Shown here in pieces: positions 13,900 to 23,882 of a stretch of 64,000 nt of DNA. Under the pieces are notes generated by a model. It did no database searches, was not told the origin of the DNA, and saw only the letters and a list, made by a program, of their open reading frames with translations. Position 1 is the first letter of the stretch. The number at the start of each line of letters is the position of its first letter. The DNA comes from Schmidtea polychroa (lineage: Eukaryota). Both the position numbers and the translations under genes were made by a program. The stretch spans positions 34,474,001-34,538,000 of the forward strand of contig CM097885.1 in the NCBI GenBank assembly GCA_044892525.1, in the 5' to 3' direction.

Positions 13900-14586
13900 G
13901 TAAACCCATAAAAGTATAAATTATCATCTCAATTGCATAAAAATATGAATTATACTTATAGATTTAATTTCTTCAAAATATAAATTATGATTTGTTATAA
14001 AGGTATAAATTACAAATTTAATTTTTCAAAAATATAAATTAGAAATTTATATTGACTGTAAAATTATAAATTATAACTCTAAGTTAATTACAAAAGTATA
14101 AATTATAATCCTAATTTCATAAAAATATAAATTATAATTAGTTATAAAAGTATAAATTATAAATTTAAATTCCTAAAAATATAAATTACAAATTTACATT
14201 GACTATAAATTATAAATTATAACTCTAAGTTGATTGTAAAAGTATAAATTATAATCTTAATTTCTTCAAAATATAAATCATGATCTTAAAAGTATAAATT
14301 ATAAAATTATATTAGCTACAAAATATAAACTATAAATTTAACTTAACTTCATAAAAATATAAATCATAAACTTAAAAATATAACTTATAAAATTATATTA
14401 GCTTTAGAAATATAAACTATAAATTGAACTTCACCAAATATAAATTATAAACTTAAAAGTATAAATTATAAAATTATATTATCTCTAAAATATAAACTAT
14501 AAATTTAACTTCATAAAAATATAAATTATAAACTTAAAAATATAAATTATAAAATTATATTAGCTTTAAAATATAAACTATAAATT
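13900..14586. repeat. AT-rich minisatellite (TATAAATTATAA/TATAAACTATAAATT units), left part
   Basis: Degenerate tandem units. The array resumes in register at 28335, after the nested virus. Confidence 0.85.
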
Positions 14587-14834
14587 AGTAGTGAGGAATC
14601 TATGCACCCCAGCACCCCCACCCTCAAAAAAAAAACAGCGCTATTGACCCATATTTTCCACATTTATATGCTTTTTTACCCCATATTCTTCACTTTTTTT
14701 AACTTTTAAACTTTGTCCCCTATTGCCATTAACCCTTAATTTCTTCCCTTAAAAGTAAAAAAGTTCGGAATAGATGTATTTATAGATTAGTAATTCCGAG
14801 AAAAGGTAACGGGGTGCATAGATTCCTCACTACT
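14587..14834 (+). repeat. Left TIR of the inner Maverick (248 bp), bounded by a 24-bp inverted repeat
   Basis: AGTAGTGAGGAATCTATGCACCCC (14587-14610) ... GGGGTGCATAGATTCCTCACTACT (14811-14834). Confidence 0.95.
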
Positions 14835-14994
14835 TGGTCTTAAGGATTTAATGTTATAAGGATTTAATGTTATAAGAATATCAGATTACCTAATTCATAA
14901 TGATCTAGGTCGCCTGATCACTTTTAGATTTAAAAAAAATAAAAATTAATATCAAAACCAAAACATCGTATCCAACCAAAAAATTCTTTTAAAA

Positions 14995-17900
14995 ATGGAA
15001 GCTATTTTCAATTGTGAAATTTGTGAAAAAAATTTTAAAAATAAAACTGCTTTAACATCTCATAAAAAATCAAAAGACCATTTAATAAAAGCTAACACAC
15101 TAGATGACACTAATTCCAAAATCTGTTCTAAATGTAAGGATAGATATTTATTTTCAGGTTATAAGAAGCATTTTAAAAATTGTATTGGAGTTCCTAAAAA
15201 CAGAGAAATATTCGAATGTTCAGCATGTGGAAAAAAGATGAAGATAAAATCTTTTTACTTAAGACACATAGAAGATTGTGGTCTTGAAGCAAAAGATTCT
15301 GATTCAAACTCAATGACTGAAAAAGCTGAAAAACTAGAGTTTAATTGGGACAACTTCAATCACACCGATGTAATTGTAGAAGTAAAACGAGGACCCAGAT
15401 CAATCATGCAATATATAAGAGAAAATAAAAAAAAAATAATATCATCAATGGATGATGCTATAAAAAAATTTGGTAGATCAAGATTTAATGTTATAAAAGT
15501 TAAATTTACAGGAAATGCAAAATACTGGAGAGGAGATGATTCAATCGCAATGCCTCTAGATGTAAAAATTGAAACCTCATATAAATATTTATTTTCTACA
15601 AAAGCAGGAAATAAACTTGTTAATGATATAGCTAAAGAATTGGAAGAAAAACAAGAACAGGTGGAACAAGAACTAGGAGAATCTAATTTAAGATTCCACT
15701 CTTTTCAAAATATAGAGATTGAATACTGGAGAGGCGCACCACCAAATCCTAAATCTTTTATTCACACACCATTCACCTCCAACCATGTTATAAATGTACA
15801 GAATAAAGATAATAAATGTTTTCAATGGTCAATACTTGCACACTTACATCCTCAAGCAACTAACCCACAGAGAGTTCAAAAATATGAAGAATATGAATCT
15901 GAATTAATTTATCCAAAAGATTTTTCCCACCCAATGAAAATTGAAGATGTTCCAGCATTTGAAAAATTAAATAATCTTAAAATTAATATTTATCAATTCA
16001 TTCCAACCAAAATTACAAAAACTAGAAAAAATAAAAATTATAAACACATTATTCCTATTTACATTTCTAACATGGAAATCTCAGATGAAAAGAGAGAAGT
16101 AGATCTTTTAATATTAGAAGAAGGTAAACCAGATGAAGACTTTGATGGAGAAGAATATGGTGAAGAGGTTCAAAGCGTTCACCCGAGGAGTGAAGCAGAA
16201 GAAGGCATTTCATTAGAACCAGAAGCAGAAAGCACTGCGTCCGGAGGCACTATGTTAGATAAAAAACTTCATTATATCTTAATAAAGAATTTTCAAAGTT
16301 TTATGAAAGGAAACACACTCATTCGTGGAGGCATATGTTGTAAAAGATGTTTATATCATTCAAGTTCAAAACTTGCTGCTATTAAACATGAGAGACTCTG
16401 TTGTAAGAATCAACCTGCTTTAATAAAAATGCCACACAAGAAAAATGCTAATATGAGGTTTAAAAACTATTCCAATCTATTAGAAGCATTGGGAGTGGTT
16501 TATTGTGATTTTGAAGCTATAAATGTAAAACTAAGACGAACAAAAACTAATACTGTAAAACTAACAAAACAATTACCCTCTGCTTATAAAATGTTTTTTA
16601 AAAGTAATTATCCAGAACTTGTAGAATCTAGAGAATATTCATTTAGAGGAACTTCTGACAAAGAGACTCTAGATCATTTTGTTAAAACTTTAAATAATCT
16701 AGAACATGAATTATATATAATATTAAAATCCAACTTTCCTATGAATTTTTCAGAAGAACAAGAGGAAGAATATAAAAATGCAACACACTGCTGTATGTGT
16801 AAACAAGAGTTTGATATTCAGGAGGAGGAGGATGAGGAGCCAAAGGTTGCAGACCATGATCATTTTAAAAGAGAAAATAATTACAGAGGAGCAGCCCATA
16901 AAAAATGTAATCTCAATTGTAAAAAACCAACACACATACCATTTATATTTCACAATCTTTTTGGCTATGATATTCACCTATTCATTAAGCATCTGGCCGC
17001 AAATGCTAAAAACTCTTTCAAGGTTATTGGACTTACAAAAGAAAAATATAAAAGCATTCAATATGGATGCTTTAAGTTTTTGGACTCGTTAAATTTCTTA
17101 GGGATGTCTTTGGATGGGATTGCTAAAACTATGAACCCTGAGGATTTTAAATATACAAAAGAACATGTGTTATTAAAAAACAATATTCCATTAGAGGAAT
17201 ATAATACCTGTCTAGCAAAAGGAATCTATCCATATGATTATATAGACTCCTTTGAAAAATATAATGAATTACTCCCACCCCAAGAAGATTTCTTTTCTGT
17301 TTTAACACAATCAGGGATTTCTGATCAGGAATATTGCCGTGCAGTTAAAATGTGGAATCTATTCAACTGTAGAAACCTTGGAGAATATACTGACATGTAT
17401 CTTTCCTTGGATGATTGCTTCGAGACATTTTCAAAAGCTTTTAAATTAAAACCTTATAATTATATAACCGCTCCCTCTCTAGCTTGGGATATATTATTAT
17501 ATACCATATGGACTGATGAAGATGTAGCAGTAAGAAATAAAACTATTGAATTATTAGTTGAGCTTGATATGTTTAATGTATATAAACATAATATTAGAGG
17601 AGGTATTTCTTCAGTACAAGGGAATAGAGAAATAAATGCTAATAATTTTACAACTCTTTATCCTAAATTTTTCAAAGATCCTGATGCTCTATATGTAGAA
17701 ATAACAAACCCAGAAGATCGTAAGGAAATAATGGAAGGTCTTTCTAATCCTTCTGAAATAATGTATATAGACGCAACAGCTTTATATGCGGGAGTAATGA
17801 CTCAATACCTTCCAATTGGCAAGTTCACCTGGAAAGAACCCACTGAGGAATTAATACAAGAAATTCTAAAAACACCAAAAGATTCTCAATTTGGATATGT

Positions 17901-19365
17901 TGTAGAATGTGATCTTGAATATCCCAATGAAATAAAATCCAGAACTAGATATTTTCCATTTGCTCCTGTAAGAAGAAAGATCTCTCCTGAAGAACTATCA
18001 GATTGGCAGATTGCTCAGAATAGAACACCATGTATAAAACTTTTATGTGATCAAACAGATAAAACTGATTATCTTTGTCATTATAGACTCCTCCAGTTTT
18101 ATCTCTCACATGGAATGGTTTTAAAAAAAGTACATTCTATAATTAAATTCCGACAAGCTCCTTTTATGAAAAAATTCATCGAGGGAAATATCTTAAAAAG
18201 AAATGCAGCAAAGAGAGCTGGAAATGCTTTTCTTGATATGATTTATAAACTTTTAAACAATGCAGTCTTTGGAAAGACAATGGAGAATATTGATAAATAT
18301 ACTCGTGTAGAGCTCTTAACCAATACAACAAAAGATCTTAATAACTATAATCGAATAATTGGAAATCCTACATTTAAAAATGCAGAGATATTCTCTAGTA
18401 ACCTTATAGCTATAGAGATTAAAAACTCTGTAAAAACTTATAATAAACCAATCTTTATAGGTTTTTCAATTTTAGAACTTTCAAAGCTTCAAATGTATGA
18501 GACCTACTATGATGTTCTAGTACCCCATTTTGGAGATCGAATATCCATGCATGCTATGGACACTGATAGTATGTTTTTAAAAGGTCATAGTAAAGATTTA
18601 AAAAAGGAAATAAGTGAAAACGAAACCTTAAATAAATTAATAAACAACTCTGGAGAATTATTTACTTTTAAAGATGAAAAACCAAATACTCCAATAAGTG
18701 GAGGAGTGTTTATTAGACCTAAACAATATTCTCTTGAAATGAAAGACAAACCAATTATGAAAGAGCATACAATAAAATTTATAATAGGGGAGGGAGAAGG
18801 ATCTGTTGAAATAGATCACACATTTGAATATCCTTCATTCCCTGAAAACCCGAAAAGCTATAAAGAAAATAAAAGTAAAGGAATTCAAAAATCAGTGTCA
18901 AAAACCTTCACACATCAAGAGTATAAAGATTCATTAAATATAAATTATAAAAATAAAATTGCTAAAACCCAATCAGAGAAACATAATATATATCTTGAAG
19001 AGTGTAACAAGATTGCTATAACAAATTATGATGATAAAAGATTTATACTTTCTGACTTGAAGACAACATTACCTATTGGAAATGATTTAATCCCTATAAT
19101 AAAAAATCTTGATAAAATAAATGAAATTTATAACCTAGAGATTACAGACCTTCAACTTGCTAAAGTAGAAATCCAATATCCTGAAATATTAATTCCTAAA
19201 CCTTTATATAATCAAGTTCAAAATATAAAACCTATAGAACTTAAATATTTTAATACTGATCCTGAATATATCCAAGGACTAACACCAGAAGACTTTAAAT
19301 CACATAAATTAATGTTAAAAAGCATTACTGCAGAAATAATTATAAATCAATTACGACTGGTCTAA
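14995..19365 (+). CDS. pPolB: Protein-primed family B DNA polymerase, 1456 aa, with N-terminal zinc fingers and an endonuclease VII-like module
   Basis: C2H2 fingers (CEICEKNF..H....H); DHDH..YRGAAHKKCNL; exonuclease YCDFE and FHNLFGYD; KGIYPYDY; polymerase motifs YIDATALY, YKLLNNAVFGKT and MDTDS; C-terminal DDKR. Confidence 0.96.
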   Translation: MEAIFNCEICEKNFKNKTALTSHKKSKDHLIKANTLDDTNSKICSKCKDRYLFSGYKKHFKNCIGVPKNREIFECSACGKKMKIKSFYLRHIEDCGLEAKDSDSNSMTEKAEKLEFNWDNFNHTDVIVEVKRGPRSIMQYIRENKKKIISSMDDAIKKFGRSRFNVIKVKFTGNAKYWRGDDSIAMPLDVKIETSYKYLFSTKAGNKLVNDIAKELEEKQEQVEQELGESNLRFHSFQNIEIEYWRGAPPNPKSFIHTPFTSNHVINVQNKDNKCFQWSILAHLHPQATNPQRVQKYEEYESELIYPKDFSHPMKIEDVPAFEKLNNLKINIYQFIPTKITKTRKNKNYKHIIPIYISNMEISDEKREVDLLILEEGKPDEDFDGEEYGEEVQSVHPRSEAEEGISLEPEAESTASGGTMLDKKLHYILIKNFQSFMKGNTLIRGGICCKRCLYHSSSKLAAIKHERLCCKNQPALIKMPHKKNANMRFKNYSNLLEALGVVYCDFEAINVKLRRTKTNTVKLTKQLPSAYKMFFKSNYPELVESREYSFRGTSDKETLDHFVKTLNNLEHELYIILKSNFPMNFSEEQEEEYKNATHCCMCKQEFDIQEEEDEEPKVADHDHFKRENNYRGAAHKKCNLNCKKPTHIPFIFHNLFGYDIHLFIKHLAANAKNSFKVIGLTKEKYKSIQYGCFKFLDSLNFLGMSLDGIAKTMNPEDFKYTKEHVLLKNNIPLEEYNTCLAKGIYPYDYIDSFEKYNELLPPQEDFFSVLTQSGISDQEYCRAVKMWNLFNCRNLGEYTDMYLSLDDCFETFSKAFKLKPYNYITAPSLAWDILLYTIWTDEDVAVRNKTIELLVELDMFNVYKHNIRGGISSVQGNREINANNFTTLYPKFFKDPDALYVEITNPEDRKEIMEGLSNPSEIMYIDATALYAGVMTQYLPIGKFTWKEPTEELIQEILKTPKDSQFGYVVECDLEYPNEIKSRTRYFPFAPVRRKISPEELSDWQIAQNRTPCIKLLCDQTDKTDYLCHYRLLQFYLSHGMVLKKVHSIIKFRQAPFMKKFIEGNILKRNAAKRAGNAFLDMIYKLLNNAVFGKTMENIDKYTRVELLTNTTKDLNNYNRIIGNPTFKNAEIFSSNLIAIEIKNSVKTYNKPIFIGFSILELSKLQMYETYYDVLVPHFGDRISMHAMDTDSMFLKGHSKDLKKEISENETLNKLINNSGELFTFKDEKPNTPISGGVFIRPKQYSLEMKDKPIMKEHTIKFIIGEGEGSVEIDHTFEYPSFPENPKSYKENKSKGIQKSVSKTFTHQEYKDSLNINYKNKIAKTQSEKHNIYLEECNKIAITNYDDKRFILSDLKTTLPIGNDLIPIIKNLDKINEIYNLEITDLQLAKVEIQYPEILIPKPLYNQVQNIKPIELKYFNTDPEYIQGLTPEDFKSHKLMLKSITAEIIINQLRLV

Positions 19366-19389
19366 GAATTAGAATTTTAACACTATAAA

Positions 19390-19944
19390 ATGATGGAAAC
19401 TAAAAATCAAGAAAATAACATTTTTGAAATTATAAAAAATATTACTAATTTAAAGGATAACAGATGTAAAGGAATACAGAGAGTGGTTGCAAAGAATCTT
19501 TCACATCAAGATTATATAGATACATTGAATCCAAATCATAAAGATAAAATTGATGAAATACATCAACTTAAAAGTGAAAACCATGATATTCACTTGATAG
19601 AATCTCAAAAAATATCATTATCAAATTATGATGATAAGAGATTCATACTAAGTGATTTAAAGACAACTCTACCTATTGGAAATAATTTAATCCCTATAAT
19701 AAAAAATCTAGAAAAGTTGAATAAGTTATATGATACAAAGATTACTGATCTTGATATTTATAATGTTGAAATTATTTATCCCGAGAGAGAAATCGAGAAA
19801 CCTTTATATTCTAAAGTTTTTAATCCTATATGTTTAGAACTTAAATATTTTAATACTGATCCTGAATATATAAAAGGTCTAAGTGATAAAGAATTTAAAG
19901 ATCATAAATTAATGATTCATAGGTTGGCTTTCAACCATAACTGA
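19390..19944 (+). CDS. Stand-alone paralog of the pPolB C-terminal (thumb/tail) region, 184 aa
   Basis: Collinear with the last ~165 aa of pPolB: KGIQ, NYDDKRFILSDLKTTLPIGN.LIPIIKNL, KPLY, ELKYFNTDPEYI.GL and HKLM are shared. It has its own TAAAATG start. Confidence 0.85.
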   Translation: MMETKNQENNIFEIIKNITNLKDNRCKGIQRVVAKNLSHQDYIDTLNPNHKDKIDEIHQLKSENHDIHLIESQKISLSNYDDKRFILSDLKTTLPIGNNLIPIIKNLEKLNKLYDTKITDLDIYNVEIIYPEREIEKPLYSKVFNPICLELKYFNTDPEYIKGLSDKEFKDHKLMIHRLAFNHN

Positions 19945-20038
19945 AACCAACGATATTTAATTTTTTAATAATAAAATGTCGACAATTAATTTAAGCAACT
20001 ATAGCAACCTGATCTACTTTTTTAAAAATACACCCATT

Positions 20039-20635
20039 TTATAAGTAAGAATTCTTTAACCATTTTTCTCGAGATGTTTTTTTATTACTTATAACATTAG
20101 CCACCATGCCCTCCCTTTTTAATCTTATAACCTCATTCTTTATATCTTGTATTATTTGATTTGATTTCATTATTTCTTCGTCTGTCAGGATTCCATCTTC
20201 CAAAGCTTTTAATTGAAATAAAAATAATTTAGAGATTCCTAATTCTATTGATAAACAAACTTCTCTATATAAACTTTTCTTTTTAGAAGTATAAGATAAT
20301 GAAACTATTTCAGTTAAGAAACCATCAGCCACAGAAATACTTCCAAGTATTACAGGTGCAAGAGTAACAACTGGTAAAGTTATGGGTAAAATAACTGTTA
20401 ATATTGCAGATGCAAATCCTAAAGAATAACCTATAACTTTTAAAACTGTATTCCCTTTATTCCATCTATTTTTAATTTTTTTATAATGCTTTAATAAATC
20501 TTGTAAATGTAAGGTTTCTGATTTAAATTCTTTTACTCTCATAATTTCAAGTTCTGTGGGAGCCGAGGCCTTGGAAGAATAATATCCTGATGATCTCAAT
20601 TCTGGGTAAATTTTTTCTTCTCTTACTTCTTCCAT
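20039..20635 (-). CDS. Maverick membrane protein (PW/GasderminX-like), 198 aa
   Basis: N-terminal IYPEL..SAP, a basic helix, two hydrophobic segments (VIGYSLGFASAILTVILPITLPVVTLAPVILGSISVA) and C-terminal SKL...KALEDGILTDEE, the pattern recalled for this family. Confidence 0.65.
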   Translation of the reverse strand: MEEVREEKIYPELRSSGYYSSKASAPTELEIMRVKEFKSETLHLQDLLKHYKKIKNRWNKGNTVLKVIGYSLGFASAILTVILPITLPVVTLAPVILGSISVADGFLTEIVSLSYTSKKKSLYREVCLSIELGISKLFLFQLKALEDGILTDEEIMKSNQIIQDIKNEVIRLKREGMVANVISNKKTSREKWLKNSYL

Positions 20636-20643
20636 TTTAATAA

Positions 20644-21654
20644 TTAAAAAAATAAGACTTTATTCTTCTGAGCACCATCTGGTACCAATACTCGGATATC
20701 AAAAGAAACTCTTGTTGAGAGGATGTCTTTATACAATTCTCTCAATGCTTTACGAACTTCATCAACATCAACCTTTTTTTCATAAAATATTAAATCTATA
20801 TATTGTACAAGTGAACTAGAAAAATGAATATTCTTACTTTTAACTTTATGTAGTCCATGTGAATGAGTATTAACATACCAATCTCCGTGTGGTAAATCAT
20901 AACTAGTCATTATAACATCACCCTTTTCAAGCTTACTATTATAATCACATTTCACAAACCATTTCATTCTTTCATTATCATCATCAAACAAAAAGAAATA
21001 AGGATCAATAATTTTTACAACCATAAAAACACCCCATTCTTTACTGTTTGTTGTTATTAAACTTGGTTCTATAAAATGTTTATATGTATGGGGTAATAAT
21101 GTTTTATTCTGTTCTAATTCAGCAGCTCTTTTTCTAATACTATGTGTGGTGTTAATGTGTGTTCCATGAGACTCTAAATTTGAAATTCTTTTATTAAATG
21201 ATGTAATCATCTCATTTATTATTTTATATATTGTATTAAATTTAGTATTCATAATTTGTTTATCTTTAGAATTTAATATAGCAGTATTTAACTTTACAAC
21301 TTGTTCAGTTAACAGACTTTGTAACTTGTCAAATTTATCATTAAATCGTTGTTCGATATTATTAAGCTTTGATTCCATTGAATCAATTTTTGTTGTTAAT
21401 GAACTTTCAATTCTTGTTGTTGTTAAATTAGTATATTTTTTAACACCATCTACATATTTCTTATTAACTGCATCAGCTTCATCAGTTGGAAAAGATAATT
21501 CTTTTATCTTGTGTCCATTTAAAATTAAATCACCCTTCATTGAATCACCTCTTTCATTAATATATTTATTTTCTGTTAAAGTTAATATTTCTTCTGTATT
21601 AAACCCTGTTTTTATTGTTCCACCACCTCTATTACATGGAATATAAGAACTCAT
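20644..21654 (-). CDS. Putative fiber/spike protein, 336 aa
   Basis: Tail-fiber-like motif GDSMKGDLILNGHKIKEL..P...DAVNKKYVD, then a long coiled coil and a globular C-terminus. It lies next to the penton gene. Confidence 0.6.
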   Translation of the reverse strand: MSSYIPCNRGGGTIKTGFNTEEILTLTENKYINERGDSMKGDLILNGHKIKELSFPTDEADAVNKKYVDGVKKYTNLTTTRIESSLTTKIDSMESKLNNIEQRFNDKFDKLQSLLTEQVVKLNTAILNSKDKQIMNTKFNTIYKIINEMITSFNKRISNLESHGTHINTTHSIRKRAAELEQNKTLLPHTYKHFIEPSLITTNSKEWGVFMVVKIIDPYFFLFDDDNERMKWFVKCDYNSKLEKGDVIMTSYDLPHGDWYVNTHSHGLHKVKSKNIHFSSSLVQYIDLIFYEKKVDVDEVRKALRELYKDILSTRVSFDIRVLVPDGAQKNKVLFF

Positions 21655-21678
21655 TTATTAATAATTTAAAATGAATCT

Positions 21679-22443
21679 TCAAACCTGTTTCAAATGTAAA
21701 TACATTGAAATCTCTTCTCCATTAAAATCAATCAATTCTCCTTCTTGATTAAGAATTTTAAAATTAATATCCATTATATATTTTCTACATAAAGGTAAAT
21801 AATTTGGAGGATTCATTCTTTCAACTATTTTATATCCCATAGGAACTGTGTTTGAGGGAAAGGAATATAAAACATTTGTTTGTTTACCATTATTATAAGA
21901 ACCTGTTATACAATCGCAATGAATATTTATTGTGTTTGTATTTATTATTTTTATAATATGTTCTGATGTTATTATTTTATCTTCTTTTATTGTTATATCC
22001 ATAGGTTTAAATCCTAAAACTGTGTGAAAGAAACAATTATCTAAAAAACTAATTTTTATATTCTTCAAAGTCATTACACATTTTGAAGTTGGTATATCCA
22101 TTTTAATTTTAATACCTTCATTTGTTTTTTTAGAAAGTATATCATTTAAATCTTTTATCTCATATGCCCCAGGTTCTATTGTTATAATTTCTGGTTTATG
22201 CCCATCACGAGTTTGAATAGTAAATTTATTATTATCTTTAGTTATATTAAAAATAGTATTATAAGCACAAAACCATAATAGCCCCAATTCATAATTTAAA
22301 TTTTGATCTAATTTAATTGAATCTTGAAAGTTTATAGTAAACTCTGATTCTTTTGAATTTATAGATAAAGTTCTTGAATATTTATCTGACATTATGTTTA
22401 CCATTATTTTTAAATTATCTTCCGGAGGGTTGTGAAGCTCCAT
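21679..22443 (-). CDS. Minor capsid protein (penton, single jelly-roll), 254 aa
   Basis: SEFTINF..SI.L..YELGL, IEPGAY, INIHCDCI.GSY.NG...VLYSF, P.YLPL and I.NQ.GELIDFNGE are typical of Polinton minor capsid proteins. Confidence 0.85.
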   Translation of the reverse strand: MELHNPPEDNLKIMVNIMSDKYSRTLSINSKESEFTINFQDSIKLDQNLNYELGLLWFCAYNTIFNITKDNNKFTIQTRDGHKPEIITIEPGAYEIKDLNDILSKKTNEGIKIKMDIPTSKCVMTLKNIKISFLDNCFFHTVLGFKPMDITIKEDKIITSEHIIKIINTNTINIHCDCITGSYNNGKQTNVLYSFPSNTVPMGYKIVERMNPPNYLPLCRKYIMDINFKILNQEGELIDFNGEEISMYLHLKQV

Positions 22444-22491
22444 TTCTTTAGTAATAAATTCATATAGTAAAAATCCTTATAGTAAAAATCC

Positions 22492-22956
22492 TTATAGTAG
22501 AGATTCTAGATCATTATAAATTTCTTGAATTATAGATTCAAAATCCTGCGTATGCCCCTTTCCCTCTCCCTTATTCAATCTATACAAAACATATAAACTT
22601 AAAATACCACATATTTTAGTATTCAAAGGTTGAACTTGTAAAGAGTTAAAAGTATAACCATTTGGGGAATCAATCGGAGAACCCCTCAAGAGATAATCTT
22701 CAACTTCTTTAGTAGGTTTAATCCCAAAAGAATCAAAGTAGATAGATTTCTTATATATACAAACCCAATGAGATCCTTTTTCATTTGAATTTTGATAATT
22801 GATTATTATATTCAGGGGACTCTCCAGACTTGATAATTCATCATTCATTAATATTTTAATTTTTAAATTTAAATAATTTGCATAATCTTTTAAATCAAAA
22901 TTTGTTTTTGCATTTATTCCAAATGTTTTTAAAAAATCTAATATTGAAGGAGTCAT
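22492..22956 (-). CDS. Adenain-like cysteine maturation protease, 154 aa
   Basis: Catalytic His (GSHWVC), Asp (YFDSFG), oxyanion Gln and Cys (VQPLNTKICG). Confidence 0.92.
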   Translation of the reverse strand: MTPSILDFLKTFGINAKTNFDLKDYANYLNLKIKILMNDELSSLESPLNIIINYQNSNEKGSHWVCIYKKSIYFDSFGIKPTKEVEDYLLRGSPIDSPNGYTFNSLQVQPLNTKICGILSLYVLYRLNKGEGKGHTQDFESIIQEIYNDLESLL

Positions 22957-22978
22957 TTTGTATTTTAAAACTTCGTAT

Positions 22979-23860
22979 TTATAACTTCGTATACTTATTA
23001 AATTTATCTTTTGAAATTATTCCTTGTTTTAACAAATCTTTAGAAATCTTTAAAATATCAGAATCTAAATTATTATGTCCTGCTTTCCTTGCAGCTAATA
23101 GTTTTCTTAATTCAATAAAAAGATTGATGGGATTTGGTTTACCACCTTCACTAATTAATCCCTCTCCCTCTGTAACAACATAACCCTTTTCATTTTTATT
23201 TAAATAATTCTTTAAATCTTGAATATATTTTGCTTTAGAACTAGCTCTTATTAATCTTATTAAATTTAAATATTTTTTAATTTCTTCAACATCATCTGAA
23301 GAATATCCACAAAGTAATCTATAAAAATCATCTGTAAATTCAAAGTCTAAATATTCATTATTATAAACATTTTGTGAATGAATACGTGATTTATTTTCTG
23401 AATTTGAATATAAAGTAAAGTTTTGTTTATTAATTGTTATTATTTGATATCCTTCAGTATTAGTATTAAATGTGGGTCTAATTGAAGGAGGTAAATCATC
23501 TCTAATTTTAGGATCAACTTTAAGAGGTTTTGTTTTTAAAAACATTTCTTCTTCTTCCACATTAGAAATTCTTCTGCGTTTTCTTTGATTTCTTTCAGGA
23601 TGGTTTTCACTGGATTCTTTTTCTTTATCCTGCCACTCTAGTTCTTTTATTTTTTGTTTTTTATCTTCTAACTCTTTAAATTTTGCTTGCTCATTGAAAT
23701 CTTCCAACTCTTTTATAGCTTTAATTGTTGGCCCCTGTTGTTGTGTTATTACCTCATTTAATATTATAGATTCAGCATGTTGAGTTGTATCTTTTTTATT
23801 ATATTTATCTTGTTCTGATTGTAATTTTTTTAAAAGTGCTAATCTTTCTTCATATACCAT
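22979..23860 (-). CDS. Conserved Maverick protein of unknown function, 293 aa
   Basis: Long ORF in the gene block. The C-terminal L..LLAARKAGHNN..I..I...L...G.I motif is recalled from Maverick proteins. It has an NLS-like RKRRR and a GEGL motif. Confidence 0.7.
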   Translation of the reverse strand: MVYEERLALLKKLQSEQDKYNKKDTTQHAESIILNEVITQQQGPTIKAIKELEDFNEQAKFKELEDKKQKIKELEWQDKEKESSENHPERNQRKRRRISNVEEEEMFLKTKPLKVDPKIRDDLPPSIRPTFNTNTEGYQIITINKQNFTLYSNSENKSRIHSQNVYNNEYLDFEFTDDFYRLLCGYSSDDVEEIKKYLNLIRLIRASSKAKYIQDLKNYLNKNEKGYVVTEGEGLISEGGKPNPINLFIELRKLLAARKAGHNNLDSDILKISKDLLKQGIISKDKFNKYTKL

Positions 23861-23882
23861 TTTAATGGTATCAAAAATGGTA

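Noticed and set aside
14587..14834. Treating the two ~247-bp units as independent MITE insertions
   Set aside because: Neither unit has its own TSD (TAAATT/TGGTCT and GGGAGT/TAAATT); only the outermost flanks match.
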